A DNA stretch of 32,000 nucleotides. It comes from Candidatus Iainarchaeum sp. (GTDB lineage Archaea > Iainarchaeota > Iainarchaeia > Iainarchaeales > 0-14-0-20-30-16). How positions within the stretch are numbered: position 1 is the first letter of the stretch; each line of letters opens with the position of its first letter. Both the position numbers and the translations under genes were made by a program. The stretch lies in assembly GCA_028710695.1 (NCBI GenBank), contig JAQTTP010000004.1:30001-62000 (forward strand). The letters run 5' to 3'. The notes under the pieces were generated by a model, which was not told the origin of the DNA, did not search any database, and saw only the letters and a list, made by a program, of their open reading frames with translations. This document shows positions 16,238-24,240 of this stretch, piece after piece.

Positions 16238-16636
16238 ATGAAATTTAAGACAGTAAAAGAATCAGACAATAGATTGCTTAATAGAAGAGAGTTTATGATT
16301 TTGGTTGAGGATACAGATAAAACTCCAAAGAGAGACGATCTTGTAAAACAAATCTCTGCAAAAATGGGATTCGACGACAAGAAAGTAGTTGTTGATAAGA
16401 TCTTCACAACATATGGTATACCAGAAGTTAGAGTTTATGTTAAAGTTTATGACAACGTAAAGGATTTAGAAGAAATAGAATCAAAGAAAAACAACAAGGT
16501 AAGAGCAAAAATATTAGGGCTAGAAGTTAAAGATGGAAAGAAAGGAGCAAAAGGAAAAGCACCTGCTAAAGCACCCGCAAAGGAAGAAGCTAAAGTAGAG
16601 GCTCCAAAAGCACCAAAAGAAGAGAAGAAAGAATAA
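16238..16636 (+). CDS. rps24e: Ribosomal protein S24e with a KAPAK-type C-terminal extension
   Basis: The S24e core is NRLLNRREFMILVEDTDKTPKRDDLVKQISAKMG. The tail is GKKGAKGKAPAKAPAKEEAKVEAPKAPKEEKKE. Confidence 0.9.
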   Translation: MKFKTVKESDNRLLNRREFMILVEDTDKTPKRDDLVKQISAKMGFDDKKVVVDKIFTTYGIPEVRVYVKVYDNVKDLEEIESKKNNKVRAKILGLEVKDGKKGAKGKAPAKAPAKEEAKVEAPKAPKEEKKE

Positions 16637-16652
16637 TAGGAAGTGAATAGTT

Positions 16653-16844
16653 ATGGCTGAAGAAAAGAAAAAAGAAAGTAAGAAGACAAAGAGAATAAAG
16701 AAATCAGCTTTTTATAAAGTTGAAGAAGACAAGATAGTTAGAGATCACAAGTGCTGCCCTAAATGCGGATCAGGAGTATTCTTGGCAAGCCACAAAGACA
16801 GATACACTTGCGGAAAATGTCAGTATACTGAATGGAAAAAATGA
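16653..16844 (+). CDS. rps27ae: Ribosomal protein S27ae
   Basis: [27 protein letters not shown] is the S27ae zinc ribbon. The N-terminus is basic. Confidence 0.9.
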   Translation: MAEEKKKESKKTKRIKKSAFYKVEEDKIVRDHKCCPKCGSGVFLASHKDRYTCGKCQYTEWKK

Positions 16845-16855
16845 GTAAGTAAATA

Positions 16856-16881
16856 AGGGTCAAATCTTTTACCCTCTTTTT
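16856..16881 (+). terminator. Hairpin agggt-caaatctttt-accct followed by cttttt
   Basis: The stem is at 16856-16860/16871-16875. It marks the end of the 12-gene superoperon and has the same design as the terminators at 2441 and 9386. Confidence 0.5.
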
Positions 16882-17001
16882 ATATATTTATTTTGTTTGT
16901 CTTTATCTTGGCCTTATAATGTCGGACTCAACAGGATCTTTTTCCTACCTGTGGATCCAAGGGGCATTTTATTTATAAATTATCCTGATTTTATTAATAC
17001 T

Positions 17002-17550
17002 ATGGCATGGTGGTTGAATCTAATTTTTTTAATCCTACCAATAATCTATTTTTTTATTTATCGAAAGTATCACTCTGACGGGACAATTGTTGAAGACTTA
17101 AAGAAGTTTTTTGGGCTTAAAAAAATAAAATTCGAAAGTTTGTATCTTGGAGTAAAGCTATTTTTTATTCTTATTTTTGTATCTCTTGCAATAAACTTGG
17201 TTGTGTACTTTGCTTTGCCGCAATATAATGATCTGGGAAATGTAAAACAGAACTTTATGTTCTATGTTGAATCTGGGAAACTAGTTTACTTTTTCGTAAT
17301 GTTGGTCATAGGGGTGTTTTTAGAGGAATACTTCTTTAGGGCATTCTTGGTAAGCAGGATTGGAATGTTCCTTTCTACTCTTGCCTTTGCTTTGTTGCAC
17401 TATGGTTATGGTTCTTGGGTTGAAATGATTGGGGCTTTTGTGTTGGGGCTTATATTGGCTTGGTATTATAAGAAACACCAAGACCTTTTCGTTAATTTTT
17501 ATGCACATATATTGTATAACATATTTGCAATTGTTTTGATGCTTATTTAG
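17002..17550 (+). CDS. CPBP-family (CAAX/Abi) intramembrane glutamic metalloprotease
   Basis: Multi-TM protein with the three family motifs: EEYFFRAFL (EExxxR), FALLH (FxxxH) and HILYN (HxxxN). The ATG at 17002 (MAWWLN...) is preferred over the TTG at 16897. Confidence 0.8.
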   Translation: MAWWLNLIFLILPIIYFFIYRKYHSDGTIVEDLKKFFGLKKIKFESLYLGVKLFFILIFVSLAINLVVYFALPQYNDLGNVKQNFMFYVESGKLVYFFVMLVIGVFLEEYFFRAFLVSRIGMFLSTLAFALLHYGYGSWVEMIGAFVLGLILAWYYKKHQDLFVNFYAHILYNIFAIVLMLI

Positions 17551-17558
17551 TGATCTAA

Positions 17559-18536
17559 ATGAATATACTTGGAATTGAGAGTACTGCACACACATTAGGG
17601 GTGGGGATCGTAACTGACAAAGGTAAGATCTTTGCTAATGAACGAGATACCCTTAAAACAGAAGGTAGAGGATTTCTTCCTCGAGAGATTGCTGAACATA
17701 ATTTTGCAGTAGCTCCCTCTATTCTAGATTCTGCTTTAGAGAAAAGCAAATTATCTATGAAAGATATTGATTTGATCTCTTTCTCACAAGGTCCTGGGTT
17801 TGGGCAGTGCTTGGGTTGTGGTGCTGTTTTTGGAAGATCTTTATCTCTTAAGTATGGAATTCCCTTAATTGGAATAAATCACTGTGTTGCACATATTGAA
17901 ATTGGTAAGCTTGTTACTGGATTAAAAGATCCTTTGACTATATTCACCTCTGGAGCAAATACCCAGATTATAGCCCATAAGAATGGCAGATATAGGGTAT
18001 TTGGAGAAACTTTAGATATGGGGCTAGGGAATGCAATTGATCACTTGGGGCGATATTTAGGATATGGATTCCCTTCGGGCCAAATAATGGATAGTATGTA
18101 TTCTCAAGGAAACTATATTGACTTGCCTTATACTGTGAAGGGAATGGATTTGGCCTTTTCGGGGATTCTAACTGCTGCAAGGAATAAGATTGGGAAAGAG
18201 AGTAAGGAAGATATCTCGCATTCATTTCTACATAACGTGTATTCAATGCTTTTAGAAGTTACAGAGAGGGCCTTGGCCTACACCCAGAAGAAAGAACTTT
18301 TGGTTGTTGGTGGTGTTGCAGCATCTAAGCCGCTTAGAGAAATGACTGGAATAATGGCAAAAGATAGAGGGATCAAGGTGGCATATCCTGAGATGCAGTA
18401 TTGTGGTGATAATGGGGCCATGATTGCTTGGCAAGGATATTTGCAGTATGTAAAGGGCAAGGAAAGAATGAAAATAGAAGATACAGTAGTTAAGCCTTAT
18501 CAGAGATTGGATAGTGTGGAGATTAGTTATATTTAA
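17559..18536 (+). CDS. kae1: tRNA N6-adenosine threonylcarbamoyltransferase Kae1
   Basis: The N-terminus ILGIESTAHTLGVGIV, the metal-binding INHCVAHIE and the C-terminal GGVAAS...CGDNGAMIAW are present. It is a stand-alone protein with no Bud32 fusion. Confidence 0.92.
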   Translation: MNILGIESTAHTLGVGIVTDKGKIFANERDTLKTEGRGFLPREIAEHNFAVAPSILDSALEKSKLSMKDIDLISFSQGPGFGQCLGCGAVFGRSLSLKYGIPLIGINHCVAHIEIGKLVTGLKDPLTIFTSGANTQIIAHKNGRYRVFGETLDMGLGNAIDHLGRYLGYGFPSGQIMDSMYSQGNYIDLPYTVKGMDLAFSGILTAARNKIGKESKEDISHSFLHNVYSMLLEVTERALAYTQKKELLVVGGVAASKPLREMTGIMAKDRGIKVAYPEMQYCGDNGAMIAWQGYLQYVKGKERMKIEDTVVKPYQRLDSVEISYI

Positions 18537-18559
18537 CTGTGGCAGGAATTGGGATTGTT

Positions 18560-19234
18560 ATGGATGTAAAGAAACAATATGATAAAATTGGAAAAGATTA
18601 TTGTAAATTACAGGAACAGTTCTTTTCTAAAAAAATAGACTGGTCCCATAAAACAATTGAATTATTATTGCCAAATCTTGTAGGAAAAAAGGTTCTTGAT
18701 TTGGGTTGTGGGTATGGCCGAGCAATTAAGTTATATGAATCTCTTGGTGCAAAAGATAATTATGGTGTTGATGTTTGCAAGAATCTAATTGAGGAAGGAA
18801 AGAAGTTGGTTTCTAAGCCACAAAACCTTTTTGTTGCGAATATGGAAAAAATGCCTTTTGAAAATGGCTTTTTTGATGTGGTAGTTGGAAGATTTTCTTT
18901 GCATTATTTGAAAAATTTTGAAAAAGCTTACAGAGAAATTGCAAGGGTTATGAAGTCTGGTGCAATTTTAATATTGATTGTACATCATCCAATTTATGAT
19001 TTAATTCGCCAGAAAAAAAAGAACTATGGAAAACAGGAGATAATTATTGGAAATTTATTTAACAATAAAATAAAATTACAATTTCCAAGCCATACACTTT
19101 GGGACTATTTCTCAAAAGAGTTTTTTAATAAATTCCAGCTTGTTGATTTTGTAGAAGGGCAAGGCTTGGCAGAATTAAGAATAAATGATTTTAAAGTTCC
19201 AACTTTTATGGCAATAAAAGCAATAAAGAAATAA
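18560..19234 (+). CDS. Class I SAM-dependent methyltransferase
   Basis: Motif I VLDLGCGYGR and the post-I/II-like FDVVVGRFSLHYL are present. The substrate is unknown. Confidence 0.75.
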   Translation: MDVKKQYDKIGKDYCKLQEQFFSKKIDWSHKTIELLLPNLVGKKVLDLGCGYGRAIKLYESLGAKDNYGVDVCKNLIEEGKKLVSKPQNLFVANMEKMPFENGFFDVVVGRFSLHYLKNFEKAYREIARVMKSGAILILIVHHPIYDLIRQKKKNYGKQEIIIGNLFNNKIKLQFPSHTLWDYFSKEFFNKFQLVDFVEGQGLAELRINDFKVPTFMAIKAIKK

Positions 19235-19239
19235 TTATT

Positions 19240-20034
19240 TTATTTTTTGGGTGTGGGATTTAAATGTGTGTGTACAAAGAATCTTCCTGCGAAAAATAGT
19301 ATCTCTCTTATTGTTTTTGGATTTAAATTATATCTTAAAGTTAAATCCACGGTTTTGTTAATGACCTTCCTAGGGTATAACTTTTGCTTTCCAATCGCTT
19401 GGCCACCAACAAAATTTAAATGTTCAAAACTTGTATTATGTTCTTTAAATGCAGATTCTAGCCTTCTTTTTGTAAGCCCGAAATCAACGAAATCAATCAT
19501 AATTATTTTTTTTGGCTTTGTAGACGCATATATTTTGCCTGCTTGTTTAATAAGGGCCTGCTTCTCCTGTATTGCTGGTAGGCCACGCAGATCACTTGGT
19601 GCGGCAGCAGCGGGGGTTATTATTGTTGTTGCGGAAATATTTGTCACTCCTTGCTTTCTTAATTCTTCAATAAGCCCACGCATGAAGTAAAATGTAAATA
19701 ACTGCCCAGTTAGTGGAAATAAGAATAAAGTTTTTTCTTTGGATTGTATTGCGGACGTTATGACAGTTTCTAAACCAGATTTGTGGGTATTTTCAGGCTG
19801 TGGGTTATATTTTTGGCCTAATAAAGACTTTATTTGTTCATTATATTCTACACCGTATCTTTTCTTGAAAAACTCTTCTGCCTTTTCTGTTGTAATTTCC
19901 TGTCTTTTCTTTAGTCCTGCCCTTTCAAGCTCTCTTCTTCGTTCTCTTAAGAATGCCTTTCTGTTTTGTCTTGCACCCAACTCTCCGTCTTTTAATTTTC
20001 TGTATTCTGCTTTGAATTTTGGAAGTTCTGGCAT
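19240..20034 (-). CDS. Hypothetical protein: Arg/Lys/Glu-rich helical N-terminus plus a domain with a weak phosphoribosyltransferase-like motif
   Basis: 264 aa from the ATG at 20034 (the GTG at 20043 lies in the SD-like GTGATT). KKIIMIDFVDFGLTKRRL loosely resembles the PRPP-binding loop (hydrophobic x4-D/E-D-x-x-x-T-G-x-T). The match is imperfect and made by eye only. Confidence 0.5.
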   Translation of the reverse strand: MPELPKFKAEYRKLKDGELGARQNRKAFLRERRRELERAGLKKRQEITTEKAEEFFKKRYGVEYNEQIKSLLGQKYNPQPENTHKSGLETVITSAIQSKEKTLFLFPLTGQLFTFYFMRGLIEELRKQGVTNISATTIITPAAAAPSDLRGLPAIQEKQALIKQAGKIYASTKPKKIIMIDFVDFGLTKRRLESAFKEHNTSFEHLNFVGGQAIGKQKLYPRKVINKTVDLTLRYNLNPKTIREILFFAGRFFVHTHLNPTPKK

Positions 20035-20052
20035 GATAATCACTATGTGAGC

Positions 20053-20667
20053 TTACCAAAGCCCAGTTACAACTAATACAATTCCTGCTGCTAGGCTGAT
20101 GATGTGTAATAGTAAATAATCAAGAGTTGTTGTGCTGCCTAGAAGAATGAACTTAGCAATTACTATTAAGATCAGCAGAATTCCTAAGCCCAAAATGACT
20201 TTTTTGAATATTGCCATCTTTCCTGTTCCTGGAGAGAAATGTTCTATCTTGTAATCTAAAGTATTAATGTCCTTTTTCTGGAGATCAACTTTCTGTTTCA
20301 TATCATTTACAATATCTGAAACAGTCTCTGATTTCTTGTTTATGTTCTGCTCGAACTTGTCCTGTTTTCTTGCTGTCTCTTTTACAAACTCATCTGTTTC
20401 TGTAGCAATTAAAGTTTTGTTCTTTTCCATTATGTCTTCAAGAATTTTCTTTTCGATCTCTGATTCTTTTTCTTCTAAATAATTGATAGTTTCTTTTTTT
20501 GTTTCTGATAAAATTAAGTCGAAAGTATTGGCTTCTGACATGAGCAGAAGATTCTTTATTTGGGCTTCATCAACACCCAAAGACTTTAAAGTTTCAACAA
20601 TCTTCTCTTCGCTTTCTCCTTTGCTTAACATATCTTTTATTGTCTTAATAATATTTGGCTCTACCAT
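20053..20667 (-). CDS. Hypothetical tail-anchored coiled-coil membrane protein
   Basis: GAGGGA lies upstream of the ATG. The protein has a small helical N-domain (IKTIKDMLSKGESEEKIVETLKSLGVDEAQIKNLL), a long charged heptad-like region and two C-terminal TM helices (AIFKKVILGLGILLILIVIAKFILL, LLLHIISLAAGIVLVVTGLW). Confidence 0.6.
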   Translation of the reverse strand: MVEPNIIKTIKDMLSKGESEEKIVETLKSLGVDEAQIKNLLLMSEANTFDLILSETKKETINYLEEKESEIEKKILEDIMEKNKTLIATETDEFVKETARKQDKFEQNINKKSETVSDIVNDMKQKVDLQKKDINTLDYKIEHFSPGTGKMAIFKKVILGLGILLILIVIAKFILLGSTTTLDYLLLHIISLAAGIVLVVTGLW

Positions 20668-20677
20668 ACATATCCCT

Positions 20678-21313
20678 CTAGCTTACCTTCAAATCAAAAT
20701 TTATTTCTTCGTCAATGTTATTTGCTTCATTAAAAATATGGAAAAATATTTTATTTGTTCCTTGTAATTTTGGAATAATTATAAAAGAAAAATCTTCACA
20801 TTTGTCTTTTTCAATGATCTTTGTTTTTTCTGTGTCATTTATTTCAAATCCCTCATTTTTATAAACTTCTGTAGTTAGTCCTATATCGTCACCAGTATTG
20901 CAAATTGAAAGCATTATCTCTGTAGAAATATCTTTCTTTAGCTCTTTGTAACTTATGTTGAAATTAAGATAATTAAATCCTTTGAAATCCTTTAGATCTA
21001 CCTCTTTGTAGAATTTTTGGACTCCTGCTGCATTTACTTCCAAAATGTTTTTTCCTTTTGCAAGGGTTATATTAACTGTTTTTTGTTCTCCTGGGTTTAA
21101 ACTAAAATTTTCTCCTTTTTCACCATTGAGAGTTACAAAGATGTTTGTTATAATGTGGTTTTGAGTATTAGTCATCTTTAGTTCTAAGCTATCTTCTTTA
21201 AGCTCTGCTTTAACGTCTAGATCTTTGTTTATGAATAATAAAACTAAGACAGAAACAAGTACAAGAATTAAAAAAATTAAAAGAGCACCTTGAAGTATTT
21301 TCTTTGAAAACAT
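20678..21313 (-). CDS. Hypothetical signal-anchored beta-rich protein
   Basis: N-terminal TM segment ALLIFLILVLVSVLVLLFI, then two segments with beta-sandwich-like patterning (LNPGEQKTVNITLAKGKNILEV...). I recognise no family. Confidence 0.55.
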   Translation of the reverse strand: MFSKKILQGALLIFLILVLVSVLVLLFINKDLDVKAELKEDSLELKMTNTQNHIITNIFVTLNGEKGENFSLNPGEQKTVNITLAKGKNILEVNAAGVQKFYKEVDLKDFKGFNYLNFNISYKELKKDISTEIMLSICNTGDDIGLTTEVYKNEGFEINDTEKTKIIEKDKCEDFSFIIIPKLQGTNKIFFHIFNEANNIDEEINFDLKVS

Positions 21314-21318
21314 GCTAT

Positions 21319-21672
21319 TTAAAGAAGTTTTAATTTATTTATATATCTATCGATTTCTTTTTCCTTTACTGGCCCTATCCCAATACAAGTGTGGGTGTTT
21401 GGCTCTACCTGGGTGTGACCAGCATCAGTGATTAAAACTGTTGGAAATTTTGGCTTTAACATATTGTAAAGTTTTAATAATTCGTCTTCGCTTTCAACTT
21501 TTAGAACAATTTTTTTCTGGTATGGAAGCCATTCTTCTATTATGTCTTTGTCTCTATTTTTTGCAATTAAAAATGCAGAAAGGGAGGCGTGCGATGCCTG
21601 CGCAGCTATCTTTCCTTTCCCCATTTTTAAGTCAGATCTAACTATAATAACTTGTTTACACAATTGTGTCAC
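21319..21672 (-). CDS. pth2: Peptidyl-tRNA hydrolase, archaeal type (Pth2)
   Basis: QVIIVRSDLKMGKGKIAAQASHASL...ITDAGHTQVEPNTHTCIGIGP matches the PTH2 family. It has an apparent GTG start 3 nt after the upstream stop. Confidence 0.9.
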   Translation of the reverse strand: MTQLCKQVIIVRSDLKMGKGKIAAQASHASLSAFLIAKNRDKDIIEEWLPYQKKIVLKVESEDELLKLYNMLKPKFPTVLITDAGHTQVEPNTHTCIGIGPVKEKEIDRYINKLKLL

Positions 21673-21675
21673 GTC

Positions 21676-22152
21676 CTATTGTCCTTCTTCGCTAGTTTCA
21701 TCTTCTTCAGGCTCATCTTCTGGTTCGTCTTCAGGTTCTTCGCCGTCTTCATCATCGTTTGGGTCATCTTCTTGTTCATCATCTGGATCTACGGCAGCCT
21801 TAACTGCGCCATCAGTAGGCATTAGGTAAGTTATTGTTTTTGTTATTCCGTAATCTCCCCACATGTGACTGAATGAAACTTCTTTACCTATTGGTAACTT
21901 TAGAGCTTTGTACCCTTGGAACATTAATTCTTCAACTTCTTCTTTTGATCTCTTTAGGTGGAATGTGCTGTTGTATCCTATAATTGCATAATTTGAGTTA
22001 GCATCAAGTAGCTTGAATACCTTTTGTTTTGTGATCTTGTCTAAATGAAATTCTTCTCCTGTGCTTACATTAATTTCTTCGGTTTCCTTTTCTTTACTAA
22101 AAGGAGGAACCCACATATTCTTGATTGAATTTACCTGCATTTTTGTTTTCAT
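21676..22152 (-). CDS. Hypothetical protein with a 37-residue polyacidic C-terminal tail
   Basis: The ORF has GAGGGG directly upstream. The start is ATG 22152 or 22158. The tail is DPDDEQEDDPNDDEDGEEPEDEPEDEPEEDETSEEGQ. It is the first gene of the operon divergent from ftsZ. Confidence 0.6.
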   Translation of the reverse strand: MKTKMQVNSIKNMWVPPFSKEKETEEINVSTGEEFHLDKITKQKVFKLLDANSNYAIIGYNSTFHLKRSKEEVEELMFQGYKALKLPIGKEVSFSHMWGDYGITKTITYLMPTDGAVKAAVDPDDEQEDDPNDDEDGEEPEDEPEDEPEEDETSEEGQ

Positions 22153-22204
22153 AATCATCCCCTCTGTTAAATAAAAAAAATTTACTCAAAAAAAAGGCTT
22201 TAAT

Positions 22205-22219
22205 CCTATATATACCTTT
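22205..22219 (-). promoter_or_regulatory. Candidate BRE/TATA on the minus strand (aaaggtatatatagg) for the five-gene operon
   Basis: It lies about 50 bp upstream of the first minus-strand start and is related to the AAGGTTTATA consensus. Confidence 0.4.
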
Positions 22220-22257
22220 TCTTTTATGTATTAAAGATAAGAATTTAAAGCTAAGTT

Positions 22258-22267
22258 GGTTTATAAT
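22258..22267 (+). promoter_or_regulatory. Candidate BRE/TATA (ggtttataat) for ftsZ
   Basis: It lies about 70 bp upstream of the ftsZ ATG and shares the GGTTTATA core. Confidence 0.4.
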
Positions 22268-22332
22268 TATTACTTTTCTATAAATATAGTAACTACTTGT
22301 GTAGTTTTTTATGCTAATTTGGGGGAATAAAA

Positions 22333-23487
22333 ATGAAGAGTCTATTAAGCAACGCGATAGTAAAGGCAAAAGAAGAGGCTAAGAAGCCGGCTTTAGATAA
22401 ACACGCAAATACAGCTATTGATGAAGATATTATTAAAGTTTTAGAAGAATCAAAGGCAAAGATTAAAGTTTTCGGTGCTGGGGGGGCAGGTGGAAACGCA
22501 GTGAATAGAATGAAAGAAAGTGAAATAGACGGCGTTGAACTTGTTGCAGTTAATACTGATGCACAAGCATTGATTAATAATATTGCAGACAAAAAAATAT
22601 TAGTTGGAAGAAAATTGACAAAAGGATTAGGTGCTGGTTCTGAACCAAATGTTGGTGAAGCTGCAGCAAAAGAATCAAAAACAGAATTAGAAAAAGAGAT
22701 TAAAGGTTCTGATTTAGTTTTCATTACTTGTGGAATGGGTGGTGGAACTGGAACTGGTGTTGCTCCTGTAATTGCAGAAATTGCAAAAGAGAATGCCTCT
22801 TTGACTATTGCAGTAGTAACTTTGCCTTTTACAGTAGAAGGAAGAGTAAGAACTGCTAATGCTTTAGAAGGGCTAAAGAAATTAAGAAGCGTTGTTGACA
22901 CAGTAATTGTGATCCCAAATGATAAAATACTTGAAATAGCACCAGATTTACCATTGAATACTGCATTCAGAGTTGCTGATGAAGTTTTAACAAATGCAGT
23001 AAAAGGAATTGCAGAAATGATTACAAAGCCAGGATTGATTAACTTGGACTTTGCAGACTTGAGAACAATAATGTGTCGTGGTGGAGCAGCAATGATAGGT
23101 TTAGGAGAAAGTACTCCTGAAGCAAATTCAACTGACCGGGCGCTATTGGCTGCAGAAAATGCATTAACATCTCCTTTATTAGATATTGATATTTCAAAAG
23201 CAAAAAGAGCTTTAGTAAATGTTGTCGGTGGAACAGATATGAGTATTAAAGAAGCCCAAACTATTGTTGAAGCAGTAGCAAGTAAGATTGATCCAGAAGC
23301 ACATATAATTTGGGGTGCAATGATTGACCCTGAAATGGCAAAAACTCAGATTAGGGCAATGATAGTAATTGTTGGCGGATACTTCCCATATATTGACGGG
23401 CCTGTGCCTGGAAAATCAGACAAAGTAAAGTTTAAGGACTCAGATGATGGGGAATTAGACGACTTTGATATAGGATATACTGGCTAA
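22333..23487 (+). CDS. ftsZ: Cell division GTPase FtsZ
   Basis: FGAGGAGGNAVNRM and the tubulin signature GMGGGTGTGVAPVIAEIAKE are present. The C-terminal peptide is DDGELDDFDIGYTG. Confidence 0.95.
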   Translation: MKSLLSNAIVKAKEEAKKPALDKHANTAIDEDIIKVLEESKAKIKVFGAGGAGGNAVNRMKESEIDGVELVAVNTDAQALINNIADKKILVGRKLTKGLGAGSEPNVGEAAAKESKTELEKEIKGSDLVFITCGMGGGTGTGVAPVIAEIAKENASLTIAVVTLPFTVEGRVRTANALEGLKKLRSVVDTVIVIPNDKILEIAPDLPLNTAFRVADEVLTNAVKGIAEMITKPGLINLDFADLRTIMCRGGAAMIGLGESTPEANSTDRALLAAENALTSPLLDIDISKAKRALVNVVGGTDMSIKEAQTIVEAVASKIDPEAHIIWGAMIDPEMAKTQIRAMIVIVGGYFPYIDGPVPGKSDKVKFKDSDDGELDDFDIGYTG

Positions 23488-23505
23488 AATAGATCTAAAG
23501 TTTAA

Positions 23506-23529
23506 GGGTTGTATTTAAAAAGACAACCC
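23506..23529 (+). promoter_or_regulatory. 7-bp hairpin gggttgt-atttaaaaag-acaaccc between ftsZ and secE (no T-tract)
   Basis: Perfect stem. The loop contains a TATA-like tatttaaaa 36-44 bp upstream of the secE ATG. The function (weak terminator, processing site or promoter context) is unresolved. Confidence 0.3.
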
Positions 23530-23555
23530 ACTTATTAGGTATTAAAAGTGAGATT

Positions 23556-23717
23556 ATGAGCGGTTTAGTTGAAAATTCAAAAAGAGTATTTACTGTTGCT
23601 AAAAAGCCAGATAAACAAGAGTTTTGGGGCATCGCAAAGTCAACAGGCTTGGGGATATTGTTTATTGGGCTTGTGGGGTTTGTGATTTATTTAATATTTC
23701 AATTTTTCTTATTATAA
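23556..23717 (+). CDS. secE: Protein translocase subunit SecE (Sec61-gamma), 53 aa; absent from the ORF track
   Basis: Hand translation gives MSGLVENSKRVFTVAKKPDKQEFWGIAKSTGLGILFIGLVGFVIYLIFQFFLL. It has a single C-terminal TM helix, a K.P...EF motif and the conserved position before spt5. Confidence 0.8.
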   Translation: MSGLVENSKRVFTVAKKPDKQEFWGIAKSTGLGILFIGLVGFVIYLIFQFFLL

Positions 23718-23735
23718 AATATTGTGTGATCACCG

Positions 23736-24173
23736 ATGATGTTTACTTTGAGAACAATGTATGGAAGAGAAGAGCTAGTTGCATGTATCCTTAAGAAAAA
23801 GGTTGAGGATGAAAACTTAGCAATTTATTCTGTAATTATGATGCCTAATGTAAAGAACTATTTGTTGGTTGAATCTGACAATGAAACAACCTTGAAGAGG
23901 GCAATTATAGATATTCCATATGTTAGAAAGACCAATATTACTGTTGGAAATGTAAGCCAAGAAGAGCTAAAATCTCTGTTAAAAGTTGAGCCTATGATGC
24001 AGAAACTTGATGTTGGTACAGTAGTAGAGATAAAGAATGGATACTTAAAGGGAAATAGGGCAAGAGTAGTAAGAGTAAACCCAACAAAGGAAGAAGTAAC
24101 TGTTGAAGTACTTGATGCTGCTGTTAAGATCCCAATAACAATTAAAGCAGAGAGCGTAAAGATAATAGAGTAA
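23736..24173 (+). CDS. spt5: Transcription elongation factor Spt5 (NusG)
   Basis: An NGN domain is followed by the KOW motif VGTVVEIKNGYLKGNRARVVRVNPTKEEVTVEV. It sits in the conserved secE-spt5 pair. Confidence 0.88.
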   Translation: MMFTLRTMYGREELVACILKKKVEDENLAIYSVIMMPNVKNYLLVESDNETTLKRAIIDIPYVRKTNITVGNVSQEELKSLLKVEPMMQKLDVGTVVEIKNGYLKGNRARVVRVNPTKEEVTVEVLDAAVKIPITIKAESVKIIE

Positions 24174-24240
24174 TTAGGCCATTAAAACAGAATCTTGGCT
24201 GTCCTGGCTTTACAAGTAGTTTTGTGAAGGAAAACGGGGA

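Noticed and set aside
17559-19234. Expected Bud32 kinase fused to or following Kae1
   Set aside because: Kae1 ends at a normal length (325 aa), and the next ORF has SAM-methyltransferase motifs (VLDLGCGYGR), not kinase motifs. Absence from this locus is common and not informative by itself.
21542-21829. Ser-rich ORF (SSSGSSSGSSSGSS...) on the plus strand
   Set aside because: It is the antisense reading of the GA-rich codons for the polyacidic tail and of pth2. It has no independent signals.
22314-22901. 195-aa minus-strand ORF overlapping ftsZ
   Set aside because: It is antisense to the unmistakable FtsZ GTPase domain, and its Ala/Pro/Ser-rich translation mirrors the Gly/Ala-rich FtsZ codons. 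It is a shadow ORF. The same reasoning applies to 19247-19690, 19739-20050, 20267-20482, 20483-20767, 21441-21641, 25076-25375, 25744-26061, 27263-27517 and 31518-31748.
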